From positions 1 through 64,000 of the forward strand of contig NW_026858566.1 of NCBI RefSeq assembly GCF_026571515.1: a stretch of 64,000 bases of DNA, in the 5' to 3' direction. The position numbers and the translations under genes were made by a program. The DNA is from Ruditapes philippinarum (taxonomy: Eukaryota). How positions within the stretch are numbered: the stretch's first letter is position 1; every line of letters begins with the position of its first letter. A model generated the notes under the pieces. It was not told where the DNA came from and ran no database searches. It saw nothing but the letters and a program-made list of their open reading frames with translations. Positions 38,828 through 52,009 of this stretch are shown one piece after another.

Positions 38828-40090
38828 CAGAAATTTTAAGTTTTAATCATAGGAAGTTTGTCTGTTCGATTCATAAATGTACATAAATTGCTAAAATAGT
38901 ATGCTTCTTTTCCGGTGTAACGCTTCAGACAAGATATCTATCGAAGTAGATTATCCACGTTATCTTCTTTTGAAAATACAATTTTTTTAAAGTTGGAAAT
39001 AATCACAATTATATATACTCGTACCCGACTTTAATTTCACATTAGTTAACTTAATTGATTTTTAAATTTAACATTAAAGTAGCTTTTTATCAATTTCCAA
39101 CAACATCCCATTCCCTAAGGCAAGTTAAATAAATATTCTTGTTATATTACAAATCGTATCAAATTATGATTTCAAAATATTAGAAAAAGCTAAAATTTAT
39201 CAAGTGATATCAGATCATAGTTATGTGATAAACGAAAATCAATAATCAATATGAATGGTTCAACTTGTGTTTAGAATATCACCGAACCAATTAATTAGTT
39301 TGGCGAAATACATTGAACTGAAAAATACAACAACAATAACAATTAGATATACAGTAAATTTACGCACAGATTAACTGTTTTAATGTCTTACAATGAATAG
39401 GTAAAAAACTGTAATTTTGGTACAATTAAGATGAGAATTAGTTTGTGATTAATTTATGTCTTCATATGTAGATCCTACGTTGTACAACCTAGCTAAGACT
39501 TGATTCTCTCCATTGAAATGTTTTACCATGTGCAAAGTTCAAACAAACATGAAAGTATTTTAGAACATATTTACATAACATGACGTCTCAGATAGTGCTT
39601 AAAGTGTATGTCTCTCAAATATCATATACATAATGTTTCCTTATGCATGTAGTCTATATGAATGTTATTGTGCTTACCACAAGCTTCAGAATATATTTAG
39701 TTTCAGTATCTAATTCGACATATTTGATTTTATTTTTGTTTTGTGCCGATGTCTATCAATCTCCGTTCTTTGACACACATGCGATAGAATTAGAAAAAAT
39801 AACATATCTTTATCCATGTGTAGATTAGTTGATGGTTCATAACCTCTGATCCTCTTTCCTAATTCCATTTTGTTTAGTTTTGCCCACTGTTTACTCCGTA
39901 TTGTCACGCGAATTTGTTTACTTGGGGACCATACGCCGCTTTTCAAGGAATGGCATGAACGTGTCACATTGATGATTCCATGATAAACACCTTATGGACA
40001 CATCTGAGGATGTTCCTTATTTTAAAAGTTCACCACCATTTTCATGATGAATTGAATAAATGATGAATTGAATTCTGCTTTGACCAATGT

Positions 40091-40267
40091 GGCGTGGACG
40101 GTAGCTTGCATATACCACTACCGTCCATGAACGGGCTCAACCAAACTGAGCTTGCAGCATTTTCAATTTTGCCGTTTTTTGCGTTCTTGAGGGATTCTAA
40201 TTGTTTCTATTTCATGATATATTGGAAGAATACTTAGTCTAAAATGTCTCTACTTAAACATTTACTA
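40091..40267. repeat. Double-hairpin motif (copy b) with conserved downstream flank
   Basis: cgtggacggtag-cttgcatatacca-ctaccgtccatg then cgggctca-accaaac-tgagcttg; the flank cattttcaattttgccgttt..gggattc is shared with 16285-16325. Confidence 0.75.
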
Positions 40268-41219
40268 CGTGCCACCTCAGAAAAATGGTTAATCGTAATA
40301 TCTTCGTTTCATATACTTATTAACAAGTTAATCTTTCTCACATTATATGAATTTTGATAAAAACTGTTTCTAAACTTGTAATAAAACATTGAATTAAAGA
40401 GTTGTGTGAGGTTATCGTCATATACGTGTGACTACATCTAATTAACTAGCTTTCTGTCGGTTCCCGTTACTTCATTATTAATAACAATCGATTCTAACTG
40501 TTTCATTTAGAATGCCAATGATGAGGCAATAAGGAACTGTTCAAATAAGAAATCTAATTAGCCGATGTAATAAGACAATGGATAGGATAAGCATTTGTCT
40601 CGGGATAATTTTGTAGGAAATTTCATACACTTAGTAAATCTTTTATTGACAAAAAGCTTGCTTATTTCAAGGAATATCTCATAAAAGTAATAAAGACTAC
40701 AAGCTATTAGCAAACATTGCAGACTCATTTTGAAAGATTTGATCATTATTATATTGTTTTAGTAGCTGACATAGTAAAGACAGCAGGAAAATGAAATGTT
40801 GCAAATGTGCTTTAATTTAATCCCTCTACGAACATTATCATTGAAACACATGATCGTGCCTCCTTCACATGCACCTGATAAAACAAAAGTCACATTCAAA
40901 AAACGTGCATTTCAAATATCCGTAGATCTGTTCATAAGCCAATAATCATAATAACATTCATGCCACATATAAGACTTGATTTCCTTGTGCTTGCAATTGT
41001 CATGGGAAATGTCTGGTGTAAGAGTGAATCGTATGTTTTGACTAATGTCATTTTGCCTCCGTTGTTAATAGGATTTCATAAGTTTCTATATGAACGTTAA
41101 GCCATATACAATATTTGTTTTTTTTATTGTTTTTCATATGGATCATGGCCATAATTTTAATTTCCTTGCTGTATTCCTAAGAATCGACCAACCAACGGAT
41201 TGTATACACGTCAAAAGTG

Positions 41220-41950
41220 GTCAATACTCTGTGATTGTAAAGTGTTTTTAGCCTGTTTTCCGATATGCTAAACGTTTGACACAAACAAAAATTGCTAAAA
41301 AAAACTGTATCAAAACACAAAACATGAATTGGTAACTTTCCAGGAAGGAACAATATAAGGATCGAAAAGCATCTCGATTTTTCTTTAATTTTTACTTTAT
41401 ATATTTAAAAAATAATTCAAAATTGCAAAATTTACCGTTCAATTTCCTGAAAATAGCGTCCTCATAAAAGAGTTTAAGTACCCATAAAGTCTCAGAAATA
41501 CTTTGATTGTTATTTCTGAGAAACTGTTTATTTTCGGTATCATCTCCAGTAACAAAACCAGAAATCTTCTGTGACATTTTGGAAACAAATCAAGCAGTTT
41601 TCTTGCTGGTTCAAGTCGGGCACGTTTGTGTGGGATCATCTAGCTGGAATACGTCTCATTCTAAATTAAGTTTTATAATGCGGAGTACGCTTGCAGCTGA
41701 AATACAATTAATACTTGCTATCTAATTAACGGTAAAAAAAATCTGGCGTCAGGCTAAAACTCGTTACCATAGAAGTAAAAGTACAATAACGTCCTGATTT
41801 TGGTGCGGTATTAATGGATAAAACTTCTTAATCCATATCGTGATTGCGGCATAGACGCTTCATTTTGTCCATATACAACACAAAATTTGGCAGAAATCTC
41901 CTTCGCTGATACGCCAAGCTGGCTCGAATTTCCGCATCCTTTACACATCT
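41220..41950 (-). mobile_element. Degenerate Tc1/mariner (mariner-type) transposase
   Basis: With frameshifts the minus strand reads LGVSAKEISAKFCVVYGQNEAS/AAITIWIKKF (HTH), PKSGR, ISAASVLRII..MRRIPAR/IPH (WVPHEL-like motif), KRARLEPARKLL and FVTGDDT (first catalytic D). Confidence 0.75.
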
Positions 41951-42189
41951 CTCGACTATACGTTACTATTGCTCTTACTGTATTTGCAACGATATTGCAT
42001 GAACACCTTAAACTATGTGTAGAGAATGTATGTCACGGTACATCAGTACGATTTTAACGAAAATCTCGTGCATGGCTAGGCCGCACCACTATCAGTTAAA
42101 TTACTCCTGAAATGCCGCTCGTATGCGACATAACAGTAGATCTTTAATTAAATGTGAGAGAATATTCGTCAAAGCTTATATTCATAAAC

Positions 42190-43300
42190 AAAAAACTGTA
42201 TATATCTATTTGCTTAAACCTGTTTTTTAAGAAACGCTGAACTTTGGTTGGTGCAAGATATTTTCATCACTCATTAATTGCATTCATATTTTGTATTAGG
42301 TCACTGATATCCGTGGAACTAATTTTGTCTAACAGATTATTACCGGTGGCGAAAATTCATTATTGGATGCAATTAGAGTAAATGATGACAATAATTTCGA
42401 GATATATCTTCATCCATATTTCACTAAGGCATTAAAGCCATGCCAGTGAAAATGACATAAGTTACAAATAATCCCGATTGCTGTACACTTAGTGAGAAAT
42501 CGCAGGATTCTTCTACCGCATTATATATTCATTAAATTTGCATACAATCTAATTAAAGTAGGCGGACACCATAGAAATACATCTAAGTAATTGGTTTTGT
42601 TTTCCATATAAAATACATATTTTCTATGTGTCAATTTTAGGAATTAAAAACATCATATATTATCTGGTTTTTAAAATATATAAATCTCCTTAATAGGTGA
42701 AAACTGTTAAATTTCTGATAAGGCATACTTTTGTTTACAACAATAAATCATGCATCTTTTCTGCATAGGCTAAACGTCAACAAACATTGTACAGCTCTTG
42801 TGGTATTATATCAGTCTAATGCTAAATATATGAACATTTTTTTGCATTCCGGGTGTATTTTTGTCTTAATAACAACACCTGCTGTGCCATCTTAAAGACA
42901 GTACTTCCACACTCTTACCAAAAACATGTATAATATCATGGAAAATTTGACATTAAGATTTTGATTTCTCTCTATTACTTATATTGGAATTTTTATCTCT
43001 CTTTAACCACATTTAAAAGGAACATTCTACAGCTTTGACTTGAAATATTCTATTGCCATATTGTCATTTCAATCTTTTTGATTTTTGTTTCTGAATAATT
43101 TTATCAAGGTGGATGTTTGCTCATGAAGCTAAATTTCAATATCCCCACGAAGTACTGATACTATCCCACAAAATGTTGCTGGTCAGTTTTCATTTGTGTA
43201 CCATTTCTTTACAAATAGTTCCTCATTTTGAACTTTGAATCTGCAAGAAGTTCTTTCGTTTATTCTTGATGTTATTTAGCATTGTATTATTCATTTAATT
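42190..43300 (-). pseudogene. Long decayed ORF of unknown identity, opposite orientation to the 1-39 kb array
   Basis: About 175 codons in one minus frame (RFKVQNEELFVKKWYTNEN*PATFCGIVSVLRGDIEI..KSMPYQKFN) with isolated stops. It may continue beyond the mariner at ~40560-41100 (DNCKHKEIKSYMWHECYYDYWLMN). Confidence 0.4.
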
Positions 43301-43762
43301 GAAAAACTCTATAAACATTTGTCATTGAATTTAAATTTTTAGGTAATGTGAATAATCGTGTACTTGTTTTGAACACAACTTTTTATCATATTGATTTTGA
43401 TCTTTTTAAAGCATATGATGTATCCATAATGAATATAACGACCATAGATGTGCATACGTTTGCTGCATAATAATTTTGGGGTTGGTTTCCATATATGCAT
43501 GAAAGTTCCATTCGCTTGTGCTCCGTCTATGGAGATAAACAAAACTTTAAAATTACAGGTACACATTTATTTAGTTACATAAATGCTTTTAATTTTTATG
43601 ATTACTATATCAGTAATAAAATAGGCGATGGTAAATTAAAAACAATTCGTACCCAAAAAAATCAAATTTAATGGGTACTTATTGCTTTAATTTCGCTCAT
43701 GCTTTTTAATTAATTGCGTATTATATGTCCCCTTCTAAACCTCAATATGTAAATCCTATTAA

Positions 43763-44344
43763 CCTTTTTCCCTGATATAGACGTGTTTTGACGGCTTTTT
43801 GACCCCCCCCCCTATTTTAGCGTTTTAAAACAGTGAAAAATATGCCCTATTTAGGCCCCAAACACTGTTTTTTGTTTGAGAAATGTTGTTAAAAAAGTGA
43901 CCCCTTTTTCGGCGCCGCCCCCATCCAAATGTTACATCGGGGGTTGCCAGAAGGAGGATGAAAATTAAAGGAAATCTGAACATGTGACAGGCTAAAAATG
44001 GCATCAGGTCGATCTTAGGGTAACTAGTAATCGACACTGAAAAGCCTTTTACCCTATCTTAATTCATTGAGACGTTGCAGCACTTTGAAATCAGTTTTGA
44101 TGGGAAAAAAAACCAATGCAAAATAGTGATTTTTTGTAATTTTGAGACATCCCCCGTTGCCATGGAAACAGGAAATTTACGATTAAGCTTGCTGTTACAG
44201 GAGCTATGGTCTAGTCAACATTTGTGTCAAGTTTCATTAGTATTGAAGCATTTTTCATAGTTTCATAGCAGTTTGAACTTGTTACAGGAGGTTTTTCAAT
44301 GAAAACGGCCATTTTTTGCAATATGATCATGGGGGGATAAAAGG
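43763..44344. mobile_element. piggyBac-type MITE
   Basis: TTAA at 43759-43762 and 44345-44348 flanking imperfect TIRs cctttttccctgat / atcatggggggataaaagg; non-coding. Confidence 0.7.
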
Positions 44345-44794
44345 TTAATTAAATGACTGTGCCGTTACTTTTCCTGTTGATTTTCGTTATCCGACAGGCT
44401 CCTGTGATTCTATTGGCCTCTTCATACACCCACTTATATACTGCACATTGTTTTAATGCATTTTTGTAAAATTTAAAACTTATTTTAAAGGTTAAATCAA
44501 AAGTTTGCTTTCTTGTAGCAGCTAGTAACAATGGGCTACGACTGAAAAGTTGCAGCCATGATATTGTGACCAAAGTCTTTTGCCCTTTAGTTTTTGGACA
44601 TTTAGAGAATGTTGCACCAGCATAGCAGCCATTTTTGGAGGAGCATTTGAAATTTTTGGCATAATTTTCTCTTTATTTGAAGTATAAGTAGGCTCTGGTT
44701 GTTGAACATTATCAGTGTTTTTATTTTATTTGCTTGATGAATGTAAATTTATTCTGTCTTTTACCATTTATGATTGGGCTTAATGTCACTTTAT

Positions 44795-45095
44795 ATTTTT
44801 ACCTCACAAGAATACAAAGTGCTCAATGGGAGCTATTGTGATACCCATTGTCTGTCGTCAGTCGTTGTCATATATACAACGTGGCCTATACATGAACGAT
44901 TTCTGTTTGGTCCATTTTCCATATACGCTCAAATGGTTCTGGTCTGCTGAACTAGATCTAAAGAAATTATTCTCCCAACAGTGGTGTAACAGGAATTAAT
45001 ACTTAGGTGGGGTGTTACTAAAATTGCCAAAATTATTCAGATTGCCAAACAAAATTAGAAAGATGTGTGCTAGATAGATTTTCAGGTGAGTAGAA
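44795..45095. mobile_element. Degenerate HINE-like element
   Basis: ttttacctcac..gagctattgtgat..(cgtc)-like microsatellite..caggtgag end, typical of this bivalve repeat class. Confidence 0.45.
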
Positions 45096-47509
45096 AAAGC
45101 TTCGGGAGTCAAGTGCGGATATGTTATTTAAAAATATTAGAAAGTAGGCTAAAAGAAAAAACAACGAAGTAAATTAACGAAATTCAATAGTTTGCCATAT
45201 TACGATATAAAATTTCACATAATAGGTATTTTCTTAAGGAGATAAGCCTCTAACATGCTTTCAAAGTATTAATGAAAACTAATTATTCGTTCCTGACACA
45301 TAATGAGCCTTTTGATGACGGTTCATATTAGAAGAAAATTGGTTGAATGAAACATTGTATTCATGTTTCATGACATCATTTGTCACTGTGAAACTAATTT
45401 GGTTCATAATGGTGGCGAAAGTTCGTAAAAAGATTCAGATATATAGTTTAATGGCGACATATATTCACACCAATATTACACTAATAACAGAGCGCATTGT
45501 ACATATACAAAAAAAATCAGAAAATAGATTTTGTTTTGCATTTAATGACGTGCAACATGAGATTCTTTCGTGTTATTGTCGTTCACTTTCAATTTAATAA
45601 TGGTCTTGTACATCAAATAATCTCTGTAATCGCGTTGGCTGTAAACATGGTTTAAAAAGTGATAACATTGTCAATAGTACATACCTTTGTCATTACTTTA
45701 GGTAATTGGATACAATGTATATCACAAAATATTAAAATATACAGTTTTGTCTGATTTGAAATGATTTTTTAAAACCTAACCTTTCTAAATAACATTATGT
45801 GTCAAAATTGTTCGAAGGTATGTTAAACAATGCTATAATATTGTTAAGATAGCGTGCTATTATTTGTCTAAAAGTGTGCTTTTTCGAAATAACGAACTAT
45901 CAAGCATACGTGATGAGTTAGAGTACATGTAAATTGAAGATCTTGTACTGATTGAAAGAATGTCCGCTCTCTTTGCTAAGTTTGCCATACAAATAATAAA
46001 GATATAATAATGCTTGTTGTCTCATATTCACAATAAATGAGTTAATATATCAATTTTCTGGTGTCCAGCCTTAAGAGAAACTACAAATCCATATTGGTAT
46101 ACTTATTAACCTCATGCCCGAGTGTCACTTTCGGTCGTTGTGTTTTTGTGTCCATCTCATATTATGGATATTTTATGTATTTGATTTTAAAACCTTTCAC
46201 ATTGTTAAAATTTGTTCAAATAAAATCTTATCTAAACTTGTTTTTTATAACAGACATATTGTTCTTCTTTTCAAATATCATTTGAAGATTATTTAACTTT
46301 AAGTAATAAAGTATTGTGTTTCTATAACACTAAAAATTGATTGCAAATTATAAAATGTTGTTTTATAACCAGTTATGGCAAATAAAAACTGAAATTTCAG
46401 TTTTGTTCAGGTTTTGTGAAAAGTAATATTTACAAATTTATACATCAAAAATAAAGAAACAAGGTCAACAAGGAAGGACGGCATTCAACGAACCTATCAC
46501 CCAACACAGGACCACAAGACCGACAGGACACCAAATAGGCAAACACATCCAGTAACTATGTTGTATTATGTTTGAATAAAAGAAACAACAATGTTTGCTA
46601 CATCCGACAGCGTAACAATGCATTGCCTTTCATCAAGCGAAAAGGAAGATTAAGACCGTGTCATTGCGTGATAGAAGCGATTAGAATGGTTCAATTCAAT
46701 TATCTAGACTGCCATCTTTTCAGTTTATTGCAGGGTAAAAGTAATATTTAATGCCTTTATTGTCAAGGAATGATGCAAACTTTTTTATGGCTCAATACAG
46801 AATCAATATCATTGACATCAGATTTGTTTTATTATCTCTGTAAAATGTTTAGACATTTGCATCAATTAAATCCCAGCCTATTTATAGACCAGCCAATACC
46901 AATCTACGAAAACTTGTTTACGTGTATATCAACACGGAACTACCATTGTTTATCAGAAAATTATAACGCTATCAGAAATTTGTAAAGGCTGTTGAAATAA
47001 ATCAAAGAAACCTTTCTATTTTCCTTACGTCTTGAATGTTCAATTATATCTTTAAACCATCTTCGTGATACATGTAGTTGAATACTATCTTTCTAAAGAA
47101 TTTTTTATGAATGTTTGTATAACTTTATGTCTCTGCTTTCTAAAATGAGAACCATTATTATAGTTATTAAGATCGGAAAGCATTGTGTCAGACTTGACTT
47201 CGCGCCATTAAATTCTATTTTCCACGAATAATTAAACGACCTAACAAAATTGTTACTGCCGGCATCCTTTTATTATTTGTATTGTCTAGTAGATAGCATA
47301 AAGATAGGCAATTGATCGTTTGTTTATGAAGCTTTATTATTGAGCTAGGACGTTTTAGAACCATGGCGTAAATAAAGTAAAATTAAAAAACTAGGGCCAT
47401 TTTTAGGCATGGACGGTAGCTTGCAAATACCACTACCGTCAATGGAACCGAGCCTGCAATATCATCAATGTTAAATATTAAGGACGTTCTATTGCGATTC
47501 TGTTTTGCT

Positions 47510-49200
47510 TCTTTTTTCATTCGCTCGATTCAAAAACGGGTCGTATTATAGGAACGCCCCTGACTGACGTGCGGCCAGCGTCCAATTTTGTCCGAAGCAT
47601 TTCTCCAACACACATGGAGGGATTTTATTTAAGCTACATGGAAATGTTCACCACTATGAGAACCCGTGTCGCGGACATGAACCAGGTCTCTAGGTTAAAA
47701 GTCAAGGTCATTGAAAAATGCTTGTCCGAGGCAAAACTTTTACATGTATAGAGGGATTTCAATATAACTTGGCACAAATGTTTACCATTGTGAAGCAGAG
47801 TGTCGCGCGTAAACTTCAGGTCCCTGCAGCAAAGGTCAAGGTCACACATTGAAGTCAAAGTTCAGGTAAAAATATGAAGATTTGTACAAAGACCATTTAG
47901 TCATCGTTTATTTAGGGTTGTAACACAAATGGTCATTGTTCGTGCCTGAAATAATGCACGGAAGGGCACCTGAGGTCTTCTTCAACCAGTAAAGCTGGAA
48001 CGTCGCCATATGACCTATACTGTGTCGGTGTGACATAAAACCCAATCAAACAAATCAAACAAAACAAATGGTCATTATCATTACTATGACTGTGACACTT
48101 GTAAATTAGATCAATACATGCAATGTCAAGGTCATAAAAGATAATGAAATATACAGATTTTGCCCGGTGCAAATCTACACACATGGAGAATTCTTATGAA
48201 ACTTCATAGAATATTCATCACTATGAGAAGCAAAGTCAAGTGCACGAACCAGATCTCTAGGTTAAAGGTTAATGTCTTACTTAGAGGTCATTGAAAAATG
48301 CTTGTTCGGAGCAAAACTTTTACATTCATTAAGGATTTTAATGTTACTTGGCATAAATGTTCACCATTGTGAGGCTAAGTAGTGCGCGCATCATCCAGGT
48401 CTCTGCTACCAAAGTTAAGGTCACATTTGGAGGTCAAAATTAGATAAAAGCAGAAGATGTGTATAGGGACCATTAAGTCATCATTTAGTAACGGATTGTA
48501 ACACAAGTGCTAACTCCCATGACTACAAGTGTGACACATGTAATTCAGGTTAATATTTGCAGGGTAAAGGTCACTTGGGATAATAAAATATCTAGATATT
48601 TTCCGGATATTGCCAGGAGCATATCTCCTATATGCATATCTATAATGCCCACATCTCTGTCAAAAGCTTTTGTGACAGGCGTATTTTGCGACAATGTTGC
48701 CCCTGTATCCATAGTCATGATGTCTAAGATTTTTTTTTCTAAAAGAACAATGCACAGAACTTATATATACAGAACCACATTGAGATTCTCTCTACAAAAG
48801 TTGTACAGGAAAATTAGATCTTTGTTTTGGAAACAACTATACCAATAGGCTAGAATTGTGACATGTAACATTGTCAAGTAAACCTCTATAAAAGGTACAT
48901 GTATATCAATCATGGACCTGGTGTCAAAATTAGTTTCTTGCCCCTTGGGGTCATTTAGTTTATAGAGAGTTAGGGATTCAGTTTTTTCTCTATTCTACAT
49001 AGTACATCACTATTATTGAAGTTTCTAGTGTGACATTATACAATTCCAACATCTTAGATATCTATTATTAAGCATGCAGCTTAGATTAAAAACGACACAC
49101 CCAATGCGAGCCCATTACCGACTTAACATTAAAAAAATGTGAACATTTATAGCTATGTATTTCAGATGAGCGATCCAGAGTCATAATGGCATTATTGTTT
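47510..49200. mobile_element. HINE/pearl-type element(s) with internal tandem core repeats
   Basis: Repeated cores (ccactatgagaa..aaccaggtctctaggttaaa..aaggtcaaggtcac) at ~47640-47930 and ~48210-48510; ends near ttcagatgagcgatccag. Confidence 0.6.
47935..48066 (+). mobile_element. MetaSINE-type SINE 3' fragment nested in the HINE
   Basis: gtgcctgaaataatgcacggaagggcacctgaggtcttc..ggtgtgacataaaacccaatc followed by a (aaac)n tail. Confidence 0.8.
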
Positions 49201-49507
49201 AATTTGCTTAAAACAGGGTGTAATGTTAAAACAGTTTACTGCTTCATAATCAAATGACATCGCACTTTGACAGCACGACAGAGTGGTTTCTATGTATAAA
49301 ATACGTCTAACAAAATGCGAAATTAACGGATTAGACGAATACTTTAATGCAAAAAATCTTATGAACTTGTTATTAAGATAAAAAAAAAGTCAGCGGCCGG
49401 TTGTATAAGCCAGCAAAATTGATCAAACTGATCAAATTGCAAGCTGTTTTTTTTACGAACATAAAACGTATAATTCAAAAGATGTACAGTTGTGCATATC
49501 TTAAATG

Positions 49508-49825
49508 CCAGCCTGCATAGCTCAATCGGTAAGAGCGCGACATTTGTAATCTCGACATTCTGGGTTCGATTCCCGGGCTGGCCGACTAAAATTACTAATC
49601 AGTCTTTCGGATGAGACTTTAAATTGAGGTCCCGTGTATGAGTGCTTAAACACTTGGCACGTAAAAGAACCAGGAGAAGCTTCTGGAATTGGGGCACCTT
49701 TCTGTATCTGTATATTGCACTATCCTCCAAAAATCTAATACTAATACTCTTCTGGGGGACTCGCCCATATCGGCAACCGATGGCGAGTATAAATAAACTC
49801 AAATGAAAACAAACATACATGTATG
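49508..49825 (+). mobile_element. Near full-length tRNA-derived V-SINE
   Basis: A box tagctcaatcgg, B box ggttcgattcc, anticodon-like ttgtaa (Thr-like), V-domain core gtctttcggatgagactttaaattgaggtccc..ggcacgtaaaagaacc, A-rich tail; possible TSD ttaaatg (49501, 49826). Confidence 0.8.
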
Positions 49826-52009
49826 TTAAATGTAAAATACAGAGGCATTGTCACCAAGTCCAAAATTTGTGAAGAACAGGAAAATCGTGTGCACCTGACT
49901 ATAATAAATACGAACAATTTCTAATGCCTATGATACAAAAGAGAAAGAACATCAAATGATCCGATGATGTTTCAATTATTTTATATCATATCAATTCATA
50001 GTTAAAGTGTTTTATCTACATACCATTTTGATTGGTTAAAATCGTATATACCTTGTGGATTACTATATTACACAACCAAAGGAATTAAATGCATAAAGGA
50101 TAATTTCAAAAGCTTTGTTTTTCTCTCTTTTTTTACAAATGGAATTATGCCTAATACCATTACTGATTATGAAGATGTTTGTTTGCGTCAATTCCAACAG
50201 TGATTTAGAAAATAGGCATAAAATGCATAACCTTATATCTATAGACAGAGGTCACAATTACCAGATATGCAATTTTGGTGATTTTGATGATATAAGGTTA
50301 ATACACTAGGCGAAGGGTCGTTTTACCCGTATAATGATATTGAAATTACATAGGGTTACTACACAACCTGAAATTGTCAAAAGTTTTTTTTTCTGAATAT
50401 ATATTAGGGTTGCACTAGATCAGTTCTTTTAATACCTATAAGATAAATGTGAAGTAGGTTTTAATGCGTTTTAACGCTAGCACATATGCTGGTTAAGATA
50501 GCATTTTGGATCTCTAGAGATGAAACAGTATCATGCTGAGCCTTTAGAGAAATCTCTAAATGCACATGATCAGGGTTCATTGCAAAATATAAATAAAAAA
50601 ATACATATATAATTCATTTATGATAGGTAATTTCTTTTCTTATTTTTGCTTGACTAAATCTATCTCAAGTACACGAGGCTTTTTAGGGATACGAGTTAAA
50701 TCATATTGCTTGTTTTATAATTAATCTCAAAAAATGTTTGCCTTCTGAAAGTATATATAATATTCACTTTTTAGCAAATAATCCAGACTGGAAATAAATG
50801 TTTCAGTTGACTTAAAGTAGTACTCTTTTAATATAAAAACTGTACTTTTTTAATATAAAAACTGTACTGTTTAGATATGAAAATATACTCTTTAAATACA
50901 AAAAATAATGTCATATCTTCTGTCTATAAGAACATATTGCTATATCAACATATCAATACTGTTGTAATTAATACCTATAGAAAAAAATGACACTAAACCT
51001 AACCAACTAATTCCTATTTGAAATATTTTGACATACAAAGTCACATAACGAAATACAGATCAAGTTAAAATATTACTTGTTGAAAATAATTGCGGAAGAA
51101 GGAGAGGTTATTTCCTTACGATTTCTGTTTTTTCTTCTTTCATCGATGACATTTCTTTATAAAATGTAAATGAGAAACATCTGTTTCAAAACATCTATTT
51201 CTATGTAACCAGAACTTCCACAATCTTTTACATATGTGAAAAATAAGTAAGGCACTAAGGCATACTAAATCTATTTTCTGGTGTACCTAATTAAAACAAA
51301 AGTTATTCATGTATTTCATATATACAGCTGCTAATATACTGAACGAAAATCAAAAATAAATTTACATATAAAACAACAAGCAAAACCATGTTAACAATAC
51401 AACTCGTAGTCACTAACATATAAGTGTTTGTGACATTTGAATTATAGCACTTTAAATATGTGATGTTTTGTTTCCGATTTCTTTATACCGGTATGTGTTT
51501 TATTTCTATTGTTAGGAACCATGCGTTTGATCTTCAGGAGCAAATATGAGCACAAAGGACTAGATTGACTGGAATGTTATGAAACAACACGACATCAGTT
51601 CCCAGTTCAGGAATATCATAAAGTTATCTTACTTCTGCATGATAGATGCAGTTTTTATCTTGAATTACTTAATAATATAGATAAACATGTATGTTGTTAT
51701 TTTGGGGGGAGGAAAAAAAACAGATAAAACTATGAATAGCATTAGATCTTGATTTATTTATTAAATGTTATAGCGTATCATTCTTTAACAAATTTCAAAT
51801 AACAAAACAATAATGTATTATAAAATAGATGAGAAAAAAACACTAATTTCAAATCTTAGCTAAATCTCCTACATTTCGAATGATTTAATTTTCTTTGATT
51901 TGTTTAAAATTTTGTCACTATAATTTGATTTAAAAATTACTTATGCACATGTCCAATAAGTAATTCTTTAATAAGTGACTTTGGATGAAATATCTATAAA
52001 AAGCGAAGA

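Larger units (their letters stand above)
19330..39420 (+). repeat. Segmental duplication, copy 2 (contains an internal 5-kb tandem duplication)
   Basis: Colinear with 1080-18000; lacks the equivalent of ~2720-4550 and carries different TE insertions. Confidence 0.9.

Noticed and set aside
40127-40160. SECIS element (ATGA..AAA..stem)
   Set aside because: The 3' GA of the non-Watson-Crick quartet is missing, and the 63-kb copies have ATGT instead of ATGA.
43825-44037. Secreted peptide with signal sequence and GRRRKR site
   Set aside because: It lies inside the TTAA-flanked MITE, and the homologous copy at 724-830 does not preserve the peptide.
49511-49585. Functional tRNA-Thr gene
   Set aside because: The acceptor and anticodon stems are imperfect, and it continues directly into a V-SINE core and tail; it is a SINE head.
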